Source: Octopus vulgaris (taxonomy: Eukaryota). Taken from it: a stretch of 64,000 bases of DNA. Below the pieces are notes generated by a model. The model did not search any database and had not been told where the DNA came from. It saw only the letters and a list, made by a program, of their open reading frames with translations. Numbering within the stretch: position 1 is the stretch's first letter; each line of letters opens with the position of its first letter. Where the stretch lies: positions 52,700,001 through 52,764,000 of the forward strand of contig OX597817.1 in assembly GCA_951406725.2 (NCBI GenBank). Direction: 5' to 3'. The position numbers and the translations under genes are program-made. Positions 1 to 13,655 of this stretch are shown here, piece by piece.

Positions 1-408
1 CCATTCTATAAAATTTGACCTTTGACTGTCTTCTTACATTTCACTTCCACTAAATATATCTACTTCCATGCCTTTAAGCTTTATTCTAATTCACCTATTG
101 CTCTATATCTCTCCACTATGAGTTTTCTGCTAATTTCTTTCTTTCTCCTCCTCATCTTTCTATAAACTACCTTGATGTTATATCTACTAATGGTTTTTTA
201 AAACACTTGATAGCATTCCCTTCATCCTATATGCAGTCATCACATTCTGTTGAATGACTTATTGATGTGTTTGATTTCTTTCTTTCCCTGATGAGAAGAT
301 TGCATTGTTTTACACCATTTTATTCCTTCTGGAATAATACCAATGTTTTCTTTGAAACATATGTCAGAAGTAAAAAGATTTGAATAACATCTGCTTTTAA
401 CTCCATTT
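1..408 (+). mobile_element. Diverged PLE-like terminal fragment (family H1) containing a hammerhead
   Basis: Homologous in inverted orientation to about 15652-16000 (shared ctgatgagaagattgcatt and gaataacatctgc..ctccattt); ends at atatata about 45 nt after the HHR cleavage site. PLE origin is inferred from the HHR. Confidence 0.55.
282..370 (+). ncRNA. Type I hammerhead ribozyme motif with extended stem II
   Basis: CTGATGA (288-294); stem II gaaga..cattg..ttattcc/ggaataa..caatg..tcttt; GAAAC-atat-GTC (palindromic stem III ACATATGT); stem I degenerate. Confidence 0.65.
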
Positions 409-521
409 ATATATAAATTTAAACAAGGGTGAAAAATTGGATATTAATTTGATTAACATCAATTTAAAACCAGTGGTGTAGCATATTAAAATCTGAAGGT
501 TCATAAAATTGTATTACATAC

Positions 522-570
<49 letters not shown>

Positions 571-1373
571 CAGGAGCTGTCCAGGCAGAAAAACTACCAT
601 AGGCTCTTACGTCTGTTTCGGCAGGGATTTTACACACACACACACCCTGTTCTTTGTCCTTTCCTCTTCCCCCTCCCCACATAAGTTACCACGCCCATAA
701 ATCTGTATGGGACAACAAGCAATTCTCAGCAGACCTGAAAGGAAATTGATCTTGAACAAAAATGCTGAACCACTAACGAGGTCACATATGGCCAATGCAC
801 ACACACACTCAGACACACTCACACACACACATGCACAAACACATACATGCTAATCATTTACTCTCACCCTTCCCTTCTATTGTAAAAAAAACAGACATCT
901 ACATCCACAATATTAAATCTTAGGCAACTACAATGCCGACCTAGAGGAGTGTGGTTATGTCATTGACAAGGACGTTGACCGACAAACAGCTGGATTCCTT
1001 AACCAAGACTTACAATGAATGCTACATTAGATTAGATGGTCAGATACTTAACAGATTGACTGATAATAAAGAAGTGATATGGAACCAGTGTATGTGTGTT
1101 TATTATTATTAACATAATGACCATTCTAAGACAACAAGATTTATTTCAACACACACATTCACATAAAAAATCTTGCAAACCAAATACAAAAATGAAGTAT
1201 ACACACACAAACACACACACATATATATATATACATATATATATATACATACATACATATATATATATATACATCATCACCTGTCAACAATATTTGTATC
1301 TAAACAGAAGGCTCGTGACTTAGGGGTTTATATCTGCTTGTACAGCAACCAGCAAGGAGCAAGAGTGGCTCAT

Positions 1374-1535
1374 AGGCACTAGAGTGACTGTGTGATAAGA
1401 AGCTTGCTTCCCAACCATATGGTTCCAAGTTCAGTCTCACTGCGTTACACCTTGGGCAAGTATCTTCTACTATAGCCTTGGGCCGACCAAAGTCTTGTGA
1501 GGGGATTTGGTAGATGAAAACTGAAAGAAGCCTGT
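1374..1535 (+). mobile_element. tRNA-derived SINE (family S1), 5' half
   Basis: aagaagcttgcttcccaacc, B-box-like agttcagtctc, ccttgggcaagt core; matches 7314-7732 and 60938-61100. Confidence 0.8.
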
Positions 1536-1660
1536 TGTGTGTGTGTGTGTGTGTGTGTGCTGAAATATGCTGATGACACCAAGCTGTACCTTGGGATAAA
1601 AAGGACAGATCCTGAACACTATAGGTCTTCCATACAATTGGACCTGGACACAATGTAACA

Positions 1661-2465
1661 ATGGATCATGGACTGACAACTCAACCTGGCTATGGACAAG
1701 TGTACCACCATGCATTTTGGGAGGAAAAAACCCAGTGTTCACATACTCTCTTCACAATGCTATCAAGAAGTTTTCTTGTGAATGTGACCCGGGCATTACT
1801 GTCAGCAGCTATTTACACAGGGCAAAGCACATCTCTAAAAGCAAGACCTTTATCAGCCACTCCCCAGTTATGGCTGTATATGGCTATGGTGTGGCCACAC
1901 TTGGAATTTGCATCACGAGTCTGGAACCCCTATCTTGCTCAGGACACTGACCTCCGGGAAAATGTTCAGAGACGTGCAACCAAGTGAATGCCCTCTATCA
2001 GGCATCTCTAAACGCCTTGCTTTCCTGGGCATAGATATATTGAAGCTCTGACATCTGGCAACTGACTTGGCAAATACCTACAAAATTATTAACCAACAAC
2101 CACCTTGAGCACCTTTTTGAGCTTCATGTGTCTAACACATGTGGGCATGCCTACAAGGTCAGAAAATAGCACAGCTCCTATGAATTTTGGAAACAATTTT
2201 TCACACTCAGAGTTACTGAAGCATGGAAGAAACTACCTGTATCAGTTGTTAGTTGCTGAGACATTGCATCTTTTAAAACTTCCATGCTTCCTGCAATTTG
2301 CCAACACTACATCTGATATCCCCCCACCGCCACTCCATACACATGCACACATGTATATCATGACTCATACACTGTTCACTTTCCTGACTTCTGTACATAA
2401 TTCTATGTACTGTACACACACCTTTGATGAGTTGTTGTGCACCTGAGCATTATATACTATAATTT
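1661..2465 (+). pseudogene. Old CR1-group LINE 3' fragment
   Basis: Translation LYMAMVWPHLEFASRVWNPYLAQDTDLRENVQRRATK is a typical CR1 RT C-terminus; decayed; 3' part homologous to 4185-4620. Confidence 0.8.
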
Positions 2466-2643
2466 CCTTATTGTATGTATGCATGTGTGTGGTGCATTTT
2501 CTCTTGTCTTCATGTGTGTTCCCTGATTTTAAACAAAGTTCTCATTCAAGGAATACCATTTATTTCCAATTCTTTGCATAACGATGCCTAGTGGGGATTA
2601 TAACCTTGTTTGGAAACAGGTGAAACCTTCAAGTCAGGAACAG

Positions 2644-3110
2644 CATCATCATTACCATCATCATCATCATCGTTTAACATCCGCTTTCCATGCTAGCATG
2701 GGTTGGACGATTTTGACTGAGGGCTGGCGAACCAGATGGCTGCACCAGGCTCCAATCTTGATCTGGCAGAGTTTCTACAGCTGGATGCTCTTCCTAATGC
2801 CAACCACTCCAAGAGTGTAGTGGGTGCTTTTTACATGCCACTGGCATGGGGCCAGTCAGGCAGTACTAGCAATGACCTCACTTGAATCTTTTTACACATG
2901 CCGCCAGCACAGGTGCCAGTGAAGCAACGTTGGTAATGATCACGCTCGAATGGTGCCCTTTTACGTGCCATGGGTACGGAAGCCAGCTGGCTGCTCTGGC
3001 AATGATCACGCTTGGATGGTGCCCTTGGCACCCTACTAGCACACGTACAAGTGCCAGTAAGGTAACACTGGTAAGTGCCAGTAAGGCGACACTAGAAAAC
3101 TCCATCATGC
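2644..3110 (-). mobile_element. RTE-tail-related repeat (truncated RTE 3'UTR or RTE-dependent SINE)
   Basis: gcatggaaagcggatgttaaacg(atg)n tail and diverged ~60-bp internal repeats shared with the RTE 3'UTR at 43623-44245. Confidence 0.75.
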
Positions 3111-3307
3111 TCTCGTCTGACCCATGCAAGTATGGGAAAGAAGGCAGTATGATGATGACGATGATAACAATGATAATGAAAATGACCACGATAGTGATAA
3201 TGATAATGATGATAATGATGACAATGATGATGAGAAGAATGATGATTGTAAATATGCACAGTAAAGATGAAGAGGTTGATATCGTGGATTATTGATTCTA
3301 ATGTATT

Positions 3308-3750
3308 AAGGTAGTGAGCAGGCAGAATCCTTAGCTCACCGAGCAAGGTGCTTAGTAGCATTTCATCCATCTTTAGGTTCTGAGTTCAAATTCCACCAAG
3401 GTTGACTTCACCTTTCATCTTTTCAAAGTTGATTAAATAAGTACCAGCTGAGCACTGGGGTCCATGTAATCGACTTACCAATTCCTTCGACATTGCTGGC
3501 CTTGTGCCAAAATATGAAACCAGTTTTATGTAAGTAATTAAGGTGGCAAACTGGCAGAATTGTTAGCATGCTGGGAAAAAAAAATGCTTAACAGCATTTT
3601 GTCCATCAGTATGTTCCAAGTTCAAATTTTGCCAAAGTTGACTTTGTCTTTCATCTTTTGGGGGCCAATAAATTAAGTAGTAGGTTCAACATAATTGAGT
3701 TACCTGTTCCTTTGAAATTGTTGGTCTTTTGCCAAAAATTGAAATCAATA
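3308..3750 (+). mobile_element. Two tandem diverged tRNA-derived SINEs (family S2)
   Basis: Units 3308-3522 and 3541-3750 share ggcagaat..ttagc, a gttcaaatt B-box and ctttcatctttt..aagta central block. Confidence 0.7.
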
Positions 3751-4184
3751 TTGTTTCAAATGTAGGCAGGAGATCATCAATTTGAGGGGAAGGGCTAGTC
3801 AATGAAATTGAGCAAAGGATTTGACTATTATTCTATTTTATGAACCCCAAGGGGGGGTGAAGCTCAAATTTGAAGCAAGACAAGTACCACTAACCATTTT
3901 ATTGTTCCGCAACAGAAAACATTTTAGATATTTTGAGATTTAGATAACATGTATAAGGAACCCTTTTTTGTCAAAATTTAGGTTAAAAAATATGGGAGTT
4001 TCTTATACATGGATAATATTATAATCCCTTGCAAAACCTTATTTCCAAATTTTAAGCCCCCAAAATATGAACTTCATGAAACATGGTACAGTTGAGCCAT
4101 AAATGTAAGGATTGGGGGGGGGGAACACCGTCAAAGTTATTAGTGTTTCATAAACTCACAATACTGTAATAGATTATAATAATA

Positions 4185-4620
4185 ATGAAATTATAGCATA
4201 CAGTGCTCAGGTGCACCACAACTTGTCAAAAGTGCATATAAAGTATATGCAGTAATAAACAAATGTCTGGGAAGTGAACAGTGTATGAGTCAGATACATG
4301 CTTGCATGTGTATGGAGGGGAGACAAATCAGGTGTAGTGTTGGTGAATCTCAGGAAGCATGGAAGTTTTGAAGGATGCAGTGCTCTGACAACTAACAACT
4401 GATGCTGGCAGTTTGTTCCATACTTCAGCAACTCTTAGCTTGAAAGAATGTTTCCGAAACTCATGGGAGCTGTGCTGTTTTCTGTCTTTGTAAACATGCC
4501 CATAGGTGTTAGACAGGTGGAGTTTGCAAAGGTGCTCAGAGTTATTGTTTGTAAGATGGTTAATAATTTTATGGGTGTCTGCCAAGTCAGCTGCCAGATG
4601 TTGGAGTTTCAATGTATCTG
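4185..4620 (-). pseudogene. Old CR1-group LINE 3' end, same family as 1661-2465
   Basis: Translation LRVAEVWNKLPASVV; 3'UTR homologous to about 2040-2465; (ATT)n tail. Confidence 0.75.
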
Positions 4621-5886
4621 TAGTGGATCTTGCAAGCATGAAATGGATTAGCCACATTTAAATTAACACTGCAACAGAACTTTTCCCACGGTGGAACAAT
4701 GGTTTTTCTCTGACAGCAATTTTATATTTTCCAGATGCCTTTAGCTAGGCCGAAATAATGTCTTCACCACTTGACCCTTTCTAACCTCTAGAATAGAGAT
4801 AACAAGACCACCAACTAAATCTATTGTTCTCAATGATATAGCTATCCTTCTGGATAGTTATAAAAGCAAGCACATCCCAAGCAAAAATCAGTTAGTCAGT
4901 CGATGATGATTCAACCAAGTGGTTACTTTGATGACAACGCGGTCTGGCTGACCAACCTTGGTCAGAGGGAGAAATGAAGTTTACTGTCAGCAACTGTGAG
5001 ACAACGTCCCACACCCTACAACTCTCACTAACTCTAATTCTGTTCTCTTACAACATCATTCTGTCTCTCTTTGTATTTACTATTAAACAATGAAGAGGAT
5101 GCAAACACAAACTTTACTTTGCATGCCGTTGGATTAATCATAACCTGCCCCTCGAAGCAAGGTGTTGTAACGTAGAGGTAAATAAATATTTCCTTAAAAC
5201 TTCATGTTCATCTTTCACATCTTACAACTTGCCATCATAACAACAAAACCTTATCGTTACATATCCATGGCCAGAGAAGTTTATGTTTGTATTGAAGTGA
5301 AGGAACAACATGAAGACAATGATAATGATGACGACGACAGCAATAACAGCAACAACAACAATGGTGGCGCAGGGAAACAAAACAAAACAATACCAATGAC
5401 AATACAAAATGAAGAAAAAGGTAACAATGTCGACAAAAATAGCGACAAACACAAAATAAAAAAAAAGACATTATCAACATCAGTAAGTGCAAAGAGTAGC
5501 AATGAACATTGTAAACAATGACAGCAACAATAGCAAGAACAATAATGAAATTCCCCAGAACAACAACAATAGCATATTTAGTAGTTATGGGTGGACCAAT
5601 AAACTATGACACATAAATTTCAGATTAATCTCAGCAGCAGCAGCAGCCGCCACCACCACCACGTGGATTCCTTTTACATGTTATACACATTGTGTATAAG
5701 GAAGCGCCCACCGCTTGTGATTGTCAAGTATTTTTCTATATAACCAAGACATTACTATTCATATACTATTTTATAAGTGGCACAATCACACACCACCCAC
5801 ACAGAAAGAGAGAGAGACTCACAAAGACTCATATACACACACCTCTTCTGGTGCTCAACAACAACTAACGACAGACAACCAGTTAC

Positions 5887-5918
<32 letters not shown>

Positions 5919-5919
<1 letters not shown>

Positions 5920-6410
5920 TCATGTACATAGTTTTGTCTTGGTATAAAAGATGGGCTACAGCAAATATTCTGCTCAGTACCACAGATTTGCTTGTCAGTC
6001 ATTTGACCTTAACCAGTTGAGCATGTCCCTTAGTGGCTGATGATATGTGCATCTCTGATTATGAGCAGAAGTAGTGGGGAGCATCACAGCCATTTGTTGA
6101 GAGGGATTCTTTGTGGTTTGGATAAGTCACCTCTGGAAATATGGGTACTTCGTTCAACATCCTTAAACAACCCTTATTCAGGGACCTTTTGAGCGGAATG
6201 GGCTACTCGACCAGAAGAAAATTCTAACTGGGCACCACCTGCATTGTCGTGCACTGTTTATCTTGATATGAGATCACCATGTCACGCACATATGGTTGTG
6301 ATGCATGTGCCTGGTGTACCCTTATCAGACGGGTAGTCATGATGGGTATACTGGGCTTCGTATATTTTACCCCAGTGTCACTTTGATGGCATGCACTGCT
6401 CTCTCACTCA
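5919..6410 (+). mobile_element. ~490-bp insertion within an (AAT)n microsatellite, possible non-LTR element 3' end
   Basis: Higher-GC segment with (AAT)n directly on both sides; no informative ORF. Confidence 0.4.
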
Positions 6411-6659
6411 ATAATAATAATAATAATAATGATAATAAAAATAATTGTTTCATTCATTTGCCACCAGGGCGAAGGATGAGGGGAACAATACAAAGACAGG
6501 CATAAAGTGTGGAGTTTACATATAATGAAATGTTAAAATAAGTAACAAAAAAAGAGTAAATATAATAAAATAAGTGACAAAAAAAGGAATACAATGAAAA
6601 GAAGGGAAATATACATTGTATTCAAAGGTTTAAAGAAAAAAAATATATATATATAAATC

Positions 6660-6762
6660 AGTCTGGATCCTGGTGCAGCTCTTTGGCTTATCAGTTCCAG
6701 TCAAACCATCTAACCCATGCCAGCATGGAAAGCGGATGTTAAACGATGATGATGGTGATGAT
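6660..6762 (+). mobile_element. Short RTE-type 3' tail fragment
   Basis: cccatgccagcatggaaagcggatgttaaacgatgatgat matches the RTE tail at about 43623-43675. Confidence 0.75.
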
Positions 6763-7313
6763 TTCTAAATAATGATTAATGTTAGATAATAATGGTTTCT
6801 GATTAGGCACTAGGCTAGCAATTTTGAGCAGGGCTGGTTAGTAAATAACCCATCAACCCTAGTACTTTTTTTTACTTTTGAAGTATGGACAAGATATGTT
6901 TTCATTCTTTTTTTTTGTTTTTTTCTTTGGCTTGGTTTTTACGTTACTTAGAAGTAGAAGGCGTTTTTCTTTGAATTTTATTTTTCAAATAAATTTCTGA
7001 TTCTGTCTCTATTTTATTTTTCAAATAAATTTCTGATTCTGAGTAATTTGCCATGGCTGAGAGGCTTGGTTAGAGCAGTGTACAAAAGAAAATAATAGAA
7101 CAGTCATAGGTAGAATGCTTTCTATTGAATACATATCAAATGCTTTCCATTGAATGTATATTAAATGGGAAACAACATGGCAGCTGTAAGTTGGGCTTGA
7201 CAGAAATGTTTCACTCCTTCCACGAATCACACCTGACTGTTGTATGTATGTAGAAGTCAACAAAACAAGACCTTTAAGTGCTACCTTCACACACACACAC
7301 ATAAATGTGAACA

Positions 7314-7476
7314 GATGCAGACCTGACTGAGGGGTAAGAAGCTTGCTTCCCAACTACAAGGTTCTGGGTTCAGTCCCACTGTGTGGCACCTTGGGCAAGT
7401 GTCTTCTACTATAGCCTCGGGCCAATCAAAGCCTTGCAAGTGGATTTGGTAGATAGAAACTGAAAGAAGCCCGTCA

Positions 7477-7513
<37 letters not shown>

Positions 7514-7728
7514 GTGTGTGTGTCTTTGTGTCTGTATTTGTTTCCCCATTACTACTTCACAACTAGTGTTGGTGTGTTTACATTCCCGTAACTTAGTGGT
7601 TTGGAAAAAAGGGTCGATAGAATAAGCTCTAGGCATAAGAAATAAGTCCTGGGGTTGATTTGATTGACTAAAACCCTTCAGGGCAGTGCTACAGCATGGG
7701 CAAAGTCAAATGACTGAAACAATTAAAA

Positions 7729-7732
<4 letters not shown>
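7314..7732 (+). mobile_element. Full-length tRNA-derived SINE (S1) with internal microsatellite and LINE-like tail
   Basis: Head with gggttcagtccc B-box, ccttgggcaagt core, tail ggcagtgctacagcatgggcaaagtcaaatgactgaaac. Confidence 0.8.
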
Positions 7733-7775
<43 letters not shown>

Positions 7776-8022
7776 AATACACACACACACACATATATGT
7801 ATATATATATTTATATACATACATACACACACACACACACATATACATATATATACATACATACACACACACACATATATACATATATATATATATATAT
7901 ATACATATATATATACATATATATACATATATATATATACATATATATATATACATATATATATATATACACATATATACACATATATATATATACACAT
8001 ATATACACATATATATATATAT

Positions 8023-8056
<34 letters not shown>

Positions 8057-8061
<5 letters not shown>

Positions 8062-8709
8062 ACAAAATTAGAGAATGGAGAAACATACTTAAATCAGTAA
8101 AACATCAACTATCCGATGATACTCAATCCATACTTTAATACACCATTACATATGAGTAAAGGCAATATATAAAATGAAATGAGATATACAGTAATAGTAA
8201 AAGTAAAAAGATAAAGAGATATAAGTAAAAAATTTCAAATATAATATGCAAATAAATCAAAACTGACAGCTGTTTCGGCAGTGAGGACAGTCATACCTCA
8301 TTTAACCTATAAGCCATAAAGGCAGGTATAAATGAGGCATTAACAAGGATGCCCCACGGCCTCTTCAGAGAATTAAATTAAATTTGTTATAATAGTGAAA
8401 AATATTATATAATCATATACATATAAATATAAAAATATAAAAATGTAAAATATAAAAACTTATACATCATAATGCTACACTTATATAATATAATACACAT
8501 TTGTACAAAAAGGAAGGTAAACAGAACAATATAAAACAAAATATATAACAGTGTATATATTAATATTAATAAGTACCGATATTATACATATTTGGCTAAT
8601 AGTTTTTTTTATAAAAAAAGGGCTAACACATATGGAGATGAAAAATAATAATTAAATCCGTGGTACAGTTCATAAAATTCTAAAGCTATAAAAGTTAATA
8701 AAAATTACT

Positions 8710-8759
<50 letters not shown>

Positions 8760-9283
8760 TAATAATAATAAAAATACTAAAAATAGATACAGTTAAGTTA
8801 GCACCAAGTCCATCCTTTCAAGATCGAAATAACTATGAGTTAAGAAATGCTGACCACTAGGTAAAGAAAATTTAGATTAATTCGATTGGCTATTGGTTTG
8901 AAATTTAAATCACAAAAGAAAATTATACGGTTGGTTAGTCAAGGAACGCCAATATTCACACACGCATCTACAGATCAATCGCACATACACACATAGTTAT
9001 ATGTATATACATACACTTATACACATACATATTAACAAGCAACAACTAGCACTTAGATAAACAAAAAAGGGAAGCAACTATGCTAACATTTAGTCCTTCA
9101 AAATTATAACTGAGCCTTAATAACAAAAAAAGAACCATCCGTGCATTCTATAAAATATTTAATTTAGATATAAATATATTTTTAAATATCAGTATGTTAC
9201 TAATTCAGATAATTATTTCATGGGTAACTTAAAATTTATAACACCGGTTTGTTACAGAGTAAACATACGGTTGTTAGGTTTAT
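8057..9283 (-). repeat. 3' pseudo-LTR of Naiad PLE
   Basis: Near-identical to 13656-14884 (a few SNPs/indels). Confidence 0.92.
8261..8374 (-). ncRNA. Hammerhead ribozyme motif in 3' pLTR
   Basis: Minus strand: CTGAAGA-ggccgtgggg...atgcctcattta/taaatgaggtat...cctcactgcc-GAAAC-agct-GTC; long stem II, palindromic stem III, weak stem I. Confidence 0.8.
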
Positions 9284-10497
9284 CGTAAGTTTGTTATGAT
9301 TTTAAGTACGCTAAATTATAAAATATAAAATATAAAATATATATTAATTTAAATATTATAAATAAGTCACTTATTAACTTAATAAATATAGTGCCAAAAT
9401 ATACCAGTTTAGGCATTAAAGAATAGAAGGGGAAGTATTAATGTAAACGCTTATGAGAACATCACAGAAATTTTAAATAAATTTTATATTATAAAGACTT
9501 AAGATGAAAAGAGATAAAATAAATAAGAAGGAATAAATACGAAGGAATAAATACGGTTGTACACATAATTATAAGTACAAACTAGTATATATGTATTCAT
9601 ATATTATTAAAATTAAATACAAATAAATGATAGATATGTATGTATAAAACTACACCAGTATAAGTAAATAAGTAAAAAATAAATAGGTAACAAATTAGAT
9701 GACTTGATATGTATGTAAACATCTACACTTAAATAGGCAAATAAATAAATGAATAGAAGACTAGATGCAAAGATTGATAATATTACAATAAAATGGGAAA
9801 TAAATAAAAATAAATAAAGTGAATATATATATTTTATATATATTTTATATTGTTGAAAGTAAAAATGTATGGAAGGATAGTTTAAAGTACAGATCCAGAG
9901 GACTATAGATATAAACTAAATATATGAGGCTGGTAATAATTATAAAGCAAAATGCATGTAAATGAGAAAATGAAAAAAAGAAAAATGAAAAAGGTTTATC
10001 AGTGAATAGCATAAGATACAAATTAAGGTGAGTACAAAAAGACCAAATATATAATAAAAACCTTCCAAATAAACACATACAAAAAACCTATAATCTCAAC
10101 CTAAACCCACCAAACTCATAAAAGGCTCTCATATATCACATATTATACAATATCATTACATTATCTAGAGCTAGGTATCTAACCAAGATATACATATATA
10201 CTATGCAATATACTATGCAATATTGGAAAACTTCAAAAATCACACATTACAAGGCAAATACCAAAATGAATATGCTATTTTATGTCATATTGCATTTCTC
10301 TTAAAAAAACAAACAAAAACCCACATACAAAAATCAAGGAACCAATAATACTAGACACATCCATTAATTATTATACAAATGTAGCTATAAAAATTATAAA
10401 ATTATGAAATTTATAAATTGTATACTTTAGAATTATAGAGGACCACAGGTATATTTAGTTAAAGAAGGGAATTAAAAAATTAATAATAGTGGAAGTG

Positions 10498-13366
10498 CTA
10501 AGTTCTATTTGAATCTAGAAAAGGTGAACGGTAGCCTATGAATACAAAAGAAGTTTTTCTCATTAATGTTGTTAATAATTTGCCGACCCGCTTTAATAAT
10601 GAAGAAAATTTCATTAATACATAGAGAGCATTTTTTATTTTTTCATTATACACAGGTGCTGAAGTTAGTATTTTCCAGTTTAATCTAAAATCTAAGTTCT
10701 TACTTTTAAGTTCCCAAATGTATGCACTTAGCCCTGTAGAGTACATTCTATTTTTATTCCTAAAAGTATATCTGTGATAATTCCATCTTTGTTTTATGCT
10801 ATTCATAGTTGCACCGATATACACCCTACTACTCAATTGTGTATCTACAGTGCATTGGTAAACTACCTCCTTCCTGAGGCATTGATTACCAAATACACAT
10901 TTATTTTTATTTCTGCAATTACAAAGATTAACAGAATGAGGAAATCTAAGATTGGACACCACCCCTATACTACTATTCACATTATAAGTGTTACAATTGT
11001 TATCATCATCCAAACCCAAAATCAACGAATGAGTTAATTTCACATTATCGGCTATATTTCTATCACTAGTACTAGTATTGGTAGTAGTAGTATGATCTAT
11101 TACATTTATATTATCTCTGACAGGTATGGTGCACTCATTATTAGTAAGGAGGTTGTTCCCATTTGTTCCAAGAAAATTTCCATTCCTATTATTAATGAAG
11201 AGGGGCAAGTTATCCTGGTCTAAATTCAATTTTCTATCCTTATAGAAGTGATCCAGTTTCTTGTTATTAAAAGAGGAGATAATGGTGGCTAGATTATGAG
11301 TAATGCTATATCCCACTCTAACAGTACCGTTGTTAATTAAAGGACTAAATTTATTCCTATCCTTACCAAAATGCCTAAAAATAACATTATGCAAAGCTCT
11401 CACTATGTTTGTTTTAATCTGCATTGCATACGGGATAATCAACCAAAGAGTATCCTTATCAGAATTAGGATTGCCTATAGAATTAATGTTATTTGTGAAA
11501 ATCCTATTCGTAGACCAACTCATAGGATTACTATTCTTACCACTGTTATTATTATATCTATCTATATCAATATTACCATGGTTATTGCGCAAGTAAACTT
11601 TACCATTATCATGTCTACCATAAGTTTTAATTCGTATATTATTATTAATATTACTACTATTACCCGTATGCTTAGATCTATTTGAGCTACCGTTCACCTT
11701 TCCAAGGTTAACGTCACTTCCACATTTATTATAGGTGTTATCATATATTCTATTTTTACTATTCTTATGTATATTGTTGATTATCCTAAATCTATTTGTG
11801 TTGTTCCTGATAGTTCTACCTCCATTAGGGGGTTCCCCTTAGGTATAAACCAAATCTTACTTTTATATCCTGCCTTAAGTAATGCTGCATTGTATCTATC
11901 ACAGTGTTTGTTAAAAATTTCCTCGTTTGAGGATAAACTAGAAATTCTCTGACTAATGCTACGCACTAGTGCATTTTTAATTTGGGGGGGTGATTACTAG
12001 AACGGTTAATGTATATTAGGTTAGAATTAGGTTTAATATAGGGTTCGTGTAAACCATTAGTAATGTTACAATTAACATCTAAATAATTAGCAGAATAATT
12101 TTCACTTTCAATGATAATGGATAGGCCGAAGCTTTTAAAAAATTTATTTATTCTTTTTTTCAGAAGATCTAATCTCCTATTTGATGTATTCCTAACACAA
12201 AATAAGGCGTCATCCCTGTATAATCCACCTTTTAATTCAGGGAATTCCCTACTAAAGTTATCTAATAGATACATCCCAACTAGATCAGTCACCTCCGCTG
12301 AGTCCGGCGATCCCATTGTGATATCGAACAAGTTGGGTGTGTCCTTTCTAGCCCAAAGTTTATTATCAAACTCTATTAAAGTTTTCCTGGCTGTTAGTAT
12401 AACCTTAATCTCCCCCATACTTAGTTTAGTGTGTTTTCTAGCAAAAATTAAGGACTTATTTAATATAATAGGGTTAATTGAAGTGTAATAATTCTGTATA
12501 TCGAATTGTATAAATTTATTTCTATTATAGCTAAAGTTGTTACTGTCACAGACCTTAATGGTAGAAAACCAATCCAAAGCACCCTGAGTATTCTTCCAAA
12601 GGTTTAGTTTGATTTTATTGCGGATGGTGGGTAGATATTTATCTAGAATGAGTTTACTTAGTCTGCCTAAGTCAGATTTAGTGGGGCAAATTAATCTGAC
12701 CTGTGTGTTTCCAAGAAAATTCTCTTTATGATCCTTTAGTGTAATTCTCGGTCTGGATGGGGTGTAGGGTTCCGTTTTTTCTTCTAGGTAGTAGTCAAAT
12801 ATGATTTCTCTGATCTCCAGGTTCAGTTTTCTAAGTGTACTAGAAGGTACTACTTTGTATTTCTTGGTTATTTCCTTGTGTAGAAGATCATGATATGCAG
12901 TAATGTCCATGTTGTAGATGTTGTTGGTTTTGTCAGAATGTGTTAGAATGCCGCTCTTACCTTTGAGAGTTCTAATTAAGTCTTTCAATTCTCTTTGGTG
13001 CGGGTTATATCTTAAAGGATGATTTCTAAATTTTATGTTTTTTACAGTCTCCCATAGTTCTTGTTCAAAATTGTCTAGATGTATATTTGGTGGAGGAGAC
13101 TTTCTAGATTTAAATGTAGTGCCTGTTAGTTTTAATATTTCTTCATAGGTGCTTCCAATTCCATTACGGATCGTTTCCCCAGTGTGTTGTTGGTTTATTT
13201 TATTATTATAGTTCTCATGGTGGAAAATCCTCCATCTGATCCTATGGATGAATTCATTCATTCTATAAATTAGTTCTTTAGTGTAATGGTCTTTGGTGGG
13301 GATAGGTACATCCTTCATTGATGAATTGATCAGTATTTTCTCCATTCTTCTAGCAGTAATGATCAA
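10498..13366 (-). CDS. PLE reverse transcriptase + GIY-YIG endonuclease polyprotein, frameshifted
   Basis: SMKDVPIP..RIRWR N-terminus, FDIQNYYTSI, MGSPDSAEV, GLYRDD, SNHPP; CNC..C..CL..VVY..YIG endonuclease; C-terminal CSLC..CIHR recovered in a shifted frame. Breaks near 11970, 11780 and 10630, at least two in homopolymer runs. Confidence 0.9.
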
Positions 13367-13655
13367 AGGAACAAATATACTACACTAGGGTGTATTCACA
13401 TGCACTATTAATATTTAAATCAATAAATGGATGCTTATATTACACCAGTATGAGCAATTCAGGTTCCTCAAAAGATAAATTTAGGTTATAAAATGAGATA
13501 GGGGTTGAAAATTCAACCCACCATGGGATAATATATATCCAATATACTGCTAGATAGGTACCCAACAAAAATAATACATAGATGTTAAAAATTGTCAAGC
13601 AATCAGTTCATCTATTGTATTAAATGGGTAAAGGTAATAATATTACCGTAAATTA

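Noticed and set aside
570-1070. Possible further minus-strand hammerhead (GAAAC-agac-GTA near 608-619, CTGCTGA near 726-732) and PLE remnant
   Set aside because: Stems I and II do not pair convincingly and the coding similarity is too weak.
4619-5204. Possible solo LTR (TG start, tataaaag, CA end)
   Set aside because: No target-site duplication and no second copy in the window.
5204-5660. Asn/Asp-rich ORF
   Set aside because: Degenerate trinucleotide repeats with no domain or splice evidence.
10498-13366. Selenocysteine-encoding Naiad
   Set aside because: The conserved Cys positions I could read are TGT/TGC; the breaks are frameshifts, not in-frame TGA.
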